Assembly: GCA_963834385.1 (NCBI GenBank)
Contig: CAWIBO010000002.1
Span: 800,001 to 864,000 of the forward strand
From: an uncultured Verrucomicrobiae bacterium
Lineage (GTDB): Bacteria > Verrucomicrobiota > Verrucomicrobiia > Chthoniobacterales > UBA10450
Reading direction: 5' to 3'
DNA: 64,000 nt
Of this stretch, positions 61,437-64,000 are shown piece after piece. The number at the start of each line of letters is the position of its first letter. Position 1 is the stretch's first letter. A program made the position numbers and the translations under genes. The notes under the pieces were generated by a model, which did no database searches, was not told the DNA's origin, and saw only the letters and a list, made by a program, of their open reading frames with translations.

Positions 61437-62618
61437 TCAGGCGGTCGCGGTCTCACGCACCGGACTGGTCGCGCGGATTTTTTTCACGGCGGCCACGACG
61501 CGGTCAAGCCCGTGGGTGAGATCGGTTTCCTTGTTAAAACGGCCGAAGGAGAACCGCACGCTGTTGCGGGCGCGATCGTCGCCGAGCTTCATCGCCGCGA
61601 GGACGTGCGAGGGCGTGAGCGAGCCGGTGCGGCAGGCGGAAGCAGCGGAACAACAGACCCCGGCCTGGTCGAGCAGGAGAAGCAGGGCTCCCGAATCGAC
61701 CCCGGCAAAGGCAAGGTTGGTCGTGTTCGGCAGGCGGGACCGGGTGCTGCCGTTGATCTCCACCCCGGAAATCTTTTCGCGCAGGGCGGCCTCGAAACGG
61801 TCGCGCATCTCCCGCACCCTCCCTTTTTCTTCCTCCACTTTTGCCGCCGCCAGCTCCGCGGCTTTTCCCATGCCGACGATCGAGGCCACGTTCTCCGTCC
61901 CGGCCCGGCGCTTGTTCTCGTGGCTGCCGCCGAACAGGAGAGGACGGAACCGGGTCGAGCCGCTCACGTAAAGCGCGCCGATGCCTTTCGGCCCATGAAA
62001 TTTGTGCGCGGCCACCGAGAGAAAATTGATCGGCGTGCCGCTCAACTGCAGGCCGAGCTTGCCCGCCGCCTGGACGGCGTCGGTATGGAACAGCACCCCT
62101 TTGCGCCGGGCCAGTTCGGCCGCCTCCATGACCGGAAAGATGACGCCGGTCTCGTTGTTGGCCCACATGACGGAGACCACCGCGGTCGCCGGGGTGATGG
62201 CGCGCTCGAGCTCGGCGAGGTCGAGCTCGCCCGCCGCGTTCACGCCGACCCTGGTGACGGTGGCGCCGAGTTCCGGACCGAGCGCCTCGGCGCAGCGAAG
62301 AACGGCGCTGTGTTCCACCGCCGTCGTGACGATATGCCGCCGGGCGGGGTCGAGCGCGAGGGCGGAGCGCAGGGCGGTGTTGATTGATTCCGTGCCGCTG
62401 CTGGTGAAGATGATCTCAGCCGGGGCGCAGCCCAGCAGGCCGGCCACGCGGCTCCGGGCCAGTTCGAGCGCCTCGCGCGCCTCCCGCGCGAGCCGGTAAC
62501 CGCTCGAGGGATTGGCAAACTGGTCCTCCAGGAAAGGCAGCATTTCCGCCACGACCGCAGGGTCCACCCGGGTGGTGGCATTGTTATCGAGATAGATCAG
62601 CTGGGATGAATCGATCAC
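61437..62618 (-). CDS. iscS: Cysteine desulfurase (IscS/NifS group I)
   Basis: YLDNNATT, ANPSS, ANNETG, HTDAVQ, AHKFHGPKG, SAASAC. Confidence 0.9.
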   Translation of the reverse strand: MIDSSQLIYLDNNATTRVDPAVVAEMLPFLEDQFANPSSGYRLAREAREALELARSRVAGLLGCAPAEIIFTSSGTESINTALRSALALDPARRHIVTTAVEHSAVLRCAEALGPELGATVTRVGVNAAGELDLAELERAITPATAVVSVMWANNETGVIFPVMEAAELARRKGVLFHTDAVQAAGKLGLQLSGTPINFLSVAAHKFHGPKGIGALYVSGSTRFRPLLFGGSHENKRRAGTENVASIVGMGKAAELAAAKVEEEKGRVREMRDRFEAALREKISGVEINGSTRSRLPNTTNLAFAGVDSGALLLLLDQAGVCCSAASACRTGSLTPSHVLAAMKLGDDRARNSVRFSFGRFNKETDLTHGLDRVVAAVKKIRATSPVRETATA

Positions 62619-62664
62619 GCCGGGAGCAGGGTAAGCCTCTCGTTTGCGATGGGCAACGCCGCGC

Positions 62665-63024
62665 TCAGTCGCGGCGCTTCGTCTCTTCCGCCGGGCGCGG
62701 GGCGTTCCCGGGATGTTTCGGTTCCCGGTGGGTGTAGCGGAAGTAGAGATTGCGCAGGTAAATCGGAAGCGGCATCGCCGTGCTCAGGACGCCGACCGAA
62801 TCCCGCTGGTAAATGGCAAAGTAACTAAGCATGAGAAGGCTTCCAAGGGCGCTGCATTCCCAGAAGCCGAAGGGGATGACGCTTTTGCGGGCGCGTTCGG
62901 AGGCCAGCCACTGGATCAGGAACCGCAGGCCGAAAACAACGCTGCCGCTCAGGCCCACCACTTTCCACGGGTGAAAGGCGATGCCGAACACCGTGACCTC
63001 GGCGAAAATACTCAGGCTGCTCAT
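62665..63024 (-). CDS. Lipid-A-disaccharide synthase N-terminal (LAB_N) domain membrane protein
   Basis: RFLIQWLASERARKSVIPFGFW, IYLRNL. Confidence 0.88.
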   Translation of the reverse strand: MSSLSIFAEVTVFGIAFHPWKVVGLSGSVVFGLRFLIQWLASERARKSVIPFGFWECSALGSLLMLSYFAIYQRDSVGVLSTAMPLPIYLRNLYFRYTHREPKHPGNAPRPAEETKRRD

Positions 63025-63111
63025 AGGGCGATACCGTCAGGCAGCGCCGGGCGCGAGAACAGCTTTTTCCTCGCGTTGTGAGGCGAAGCCTTTCGGATAA
63101 AGTCAGGCCGC

Positions 63112-64000
63112 ATGAAACCCATCTGGGACATGGCCAATCCGCAGCTGCGCGATCTTGCCGTCTACGAGCCGGGCAAACCGATCGAGGAAACCGCCCGCGA
63201 AGTGGGCGCGAGCGCGGACGAGATCATCAAGCTGGCCTCGAACGAAAACCCGCTCGGCCCTTCCCCCCACGCGCTTGCCGCCATCGCGGCCGCCTTGCCT
63301 TGCCTCCACCTCTATCCCGACGGCGGGGCTTTTTACCTGCGGGAAGCGCTCAGCCGCAAACTCGGGCTCCCGGCTGACCAGTTCATCTTCGGCAACGGTT
63401 CCAACGAAATCATCGAGTTCCTGGCGCACGCTTTTCTGCGCGAAGAAGATGAAATCGTCACCTCCGAGCACGCTTTTGTGGCCTACAAGCTGGTGGCCAA
63501 GGTCTTCGGCGCCCGGACAATCGAGGCGCCCAGCCCCGAGCATCGGCATGATCTCGAGGCGATGCTGGCAGCGATCACCCCGCGCACCCGGCTCGTTTTC
63601 ATCGCGAACCCGAACAATCCCACCGGTTCCCTCCTCGCGCAGGAGGAGATCGACCGGTTCATGGCCGCCGTGCCGGACCACGTCGTGGTCGTCTTCGACG
63701 AGGCCTATTACGAATATGTCGAGAATCCGCCCGACACGCTGAAGTTCGTCCGGGAAGGGCGGCCGGTTATCGTCCTGCGCACTTTTTCGAAGATGTATGG
63801 ACTGGCGGCGCTTCGCCTCGGTTTCGGCATGGCCCCGCGTGACCTGATCGCCGTGCTCCAGAAAACGCGGCAACCGTTCAATATCAATGGTCCGGCACAG
63901 GCCGGCGCTCTCGCGGCGCTGGACGACAGCGCACACCAGGAAGCCACCAGGAAACTCACTGATGAAGGGCGCTGCTTTTTCGAGCAGGAGCTGTCCGCGC
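63112..64000 (+). CDS. hisC: Histidinol-phosphate aminotransferase, 3'-truncated
   Basis: Own translation from ATG 63112: YEPGKP, KLASNENPLGPS, GNGSNE, NPNNPTG, DEAYYEY, RTFSKMYGLAALRLG. Confidence 0.95.
   Translation, partial: MKPIWDMANPQLRDLAVYEPGKPIEETAREVGASADEIIKLASNENPLGPSPHALAAIAAALPCLHLYPDGGAFYLREALSRKLGLPADQFIFGNGSNEIIEFLAHAFLREEDEIVTSEHAFVAYKLVAKVFGARTIEAPSPEHRHDLEAMLAAITPRTRLVFIANPNNPTGSLLAQEEIDRFMAAVPDHVVVVFDEAYYEYVENPPDTLKFVREGRPVIVLRTFSKMYGLAALRLGFGMAPRDLIAVLQKTRQPFNINGPAQAGALAALDDSAHQEATRKLTDEGRCFFEQELSA

Overview
GC-rich bacterial chromosomal segment. Gene content and repeat style suggest Verrucomicrobiota, probably Chthoniobacterales-like; this is inference, not a database result. 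Most of the window is housekeeping: secG, uvrA, ilvC, nrdJ, fumC, gmhA, dinB, queE, System II cytochrome c maturation genes, pilT, hrpB, pdxH, cls, iscS, hisC, tRNA-Ser(CGA) and tRNA-Val(GAC). The standout is a ~12 kb locus (8.2-20.3 kb). Three tandem, cysteine-free type IV pilin genes sit behind a candidate sigma54 promoter and are separated by repeated RNA hairpins. They are surrounded by four GT-C-type membrane glycosyltransferases (one clearly TMTC-like with TPRs) and two GT2 enzymes, a candidate uncharacterised pilin glycosylation system. Other signals: several further sigma54 promoter candidates, tandem NrdR boxes plus DnaA boxes before nrdJ, orphan or pseudo histidine-kinase fragments, REP-like repeats, and a diverged tandem duplication of a gene 3' end. 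Many genes carry +1 frameshifts that look like sequencing errors. No CRISPR array, integrase or transposase was seen.
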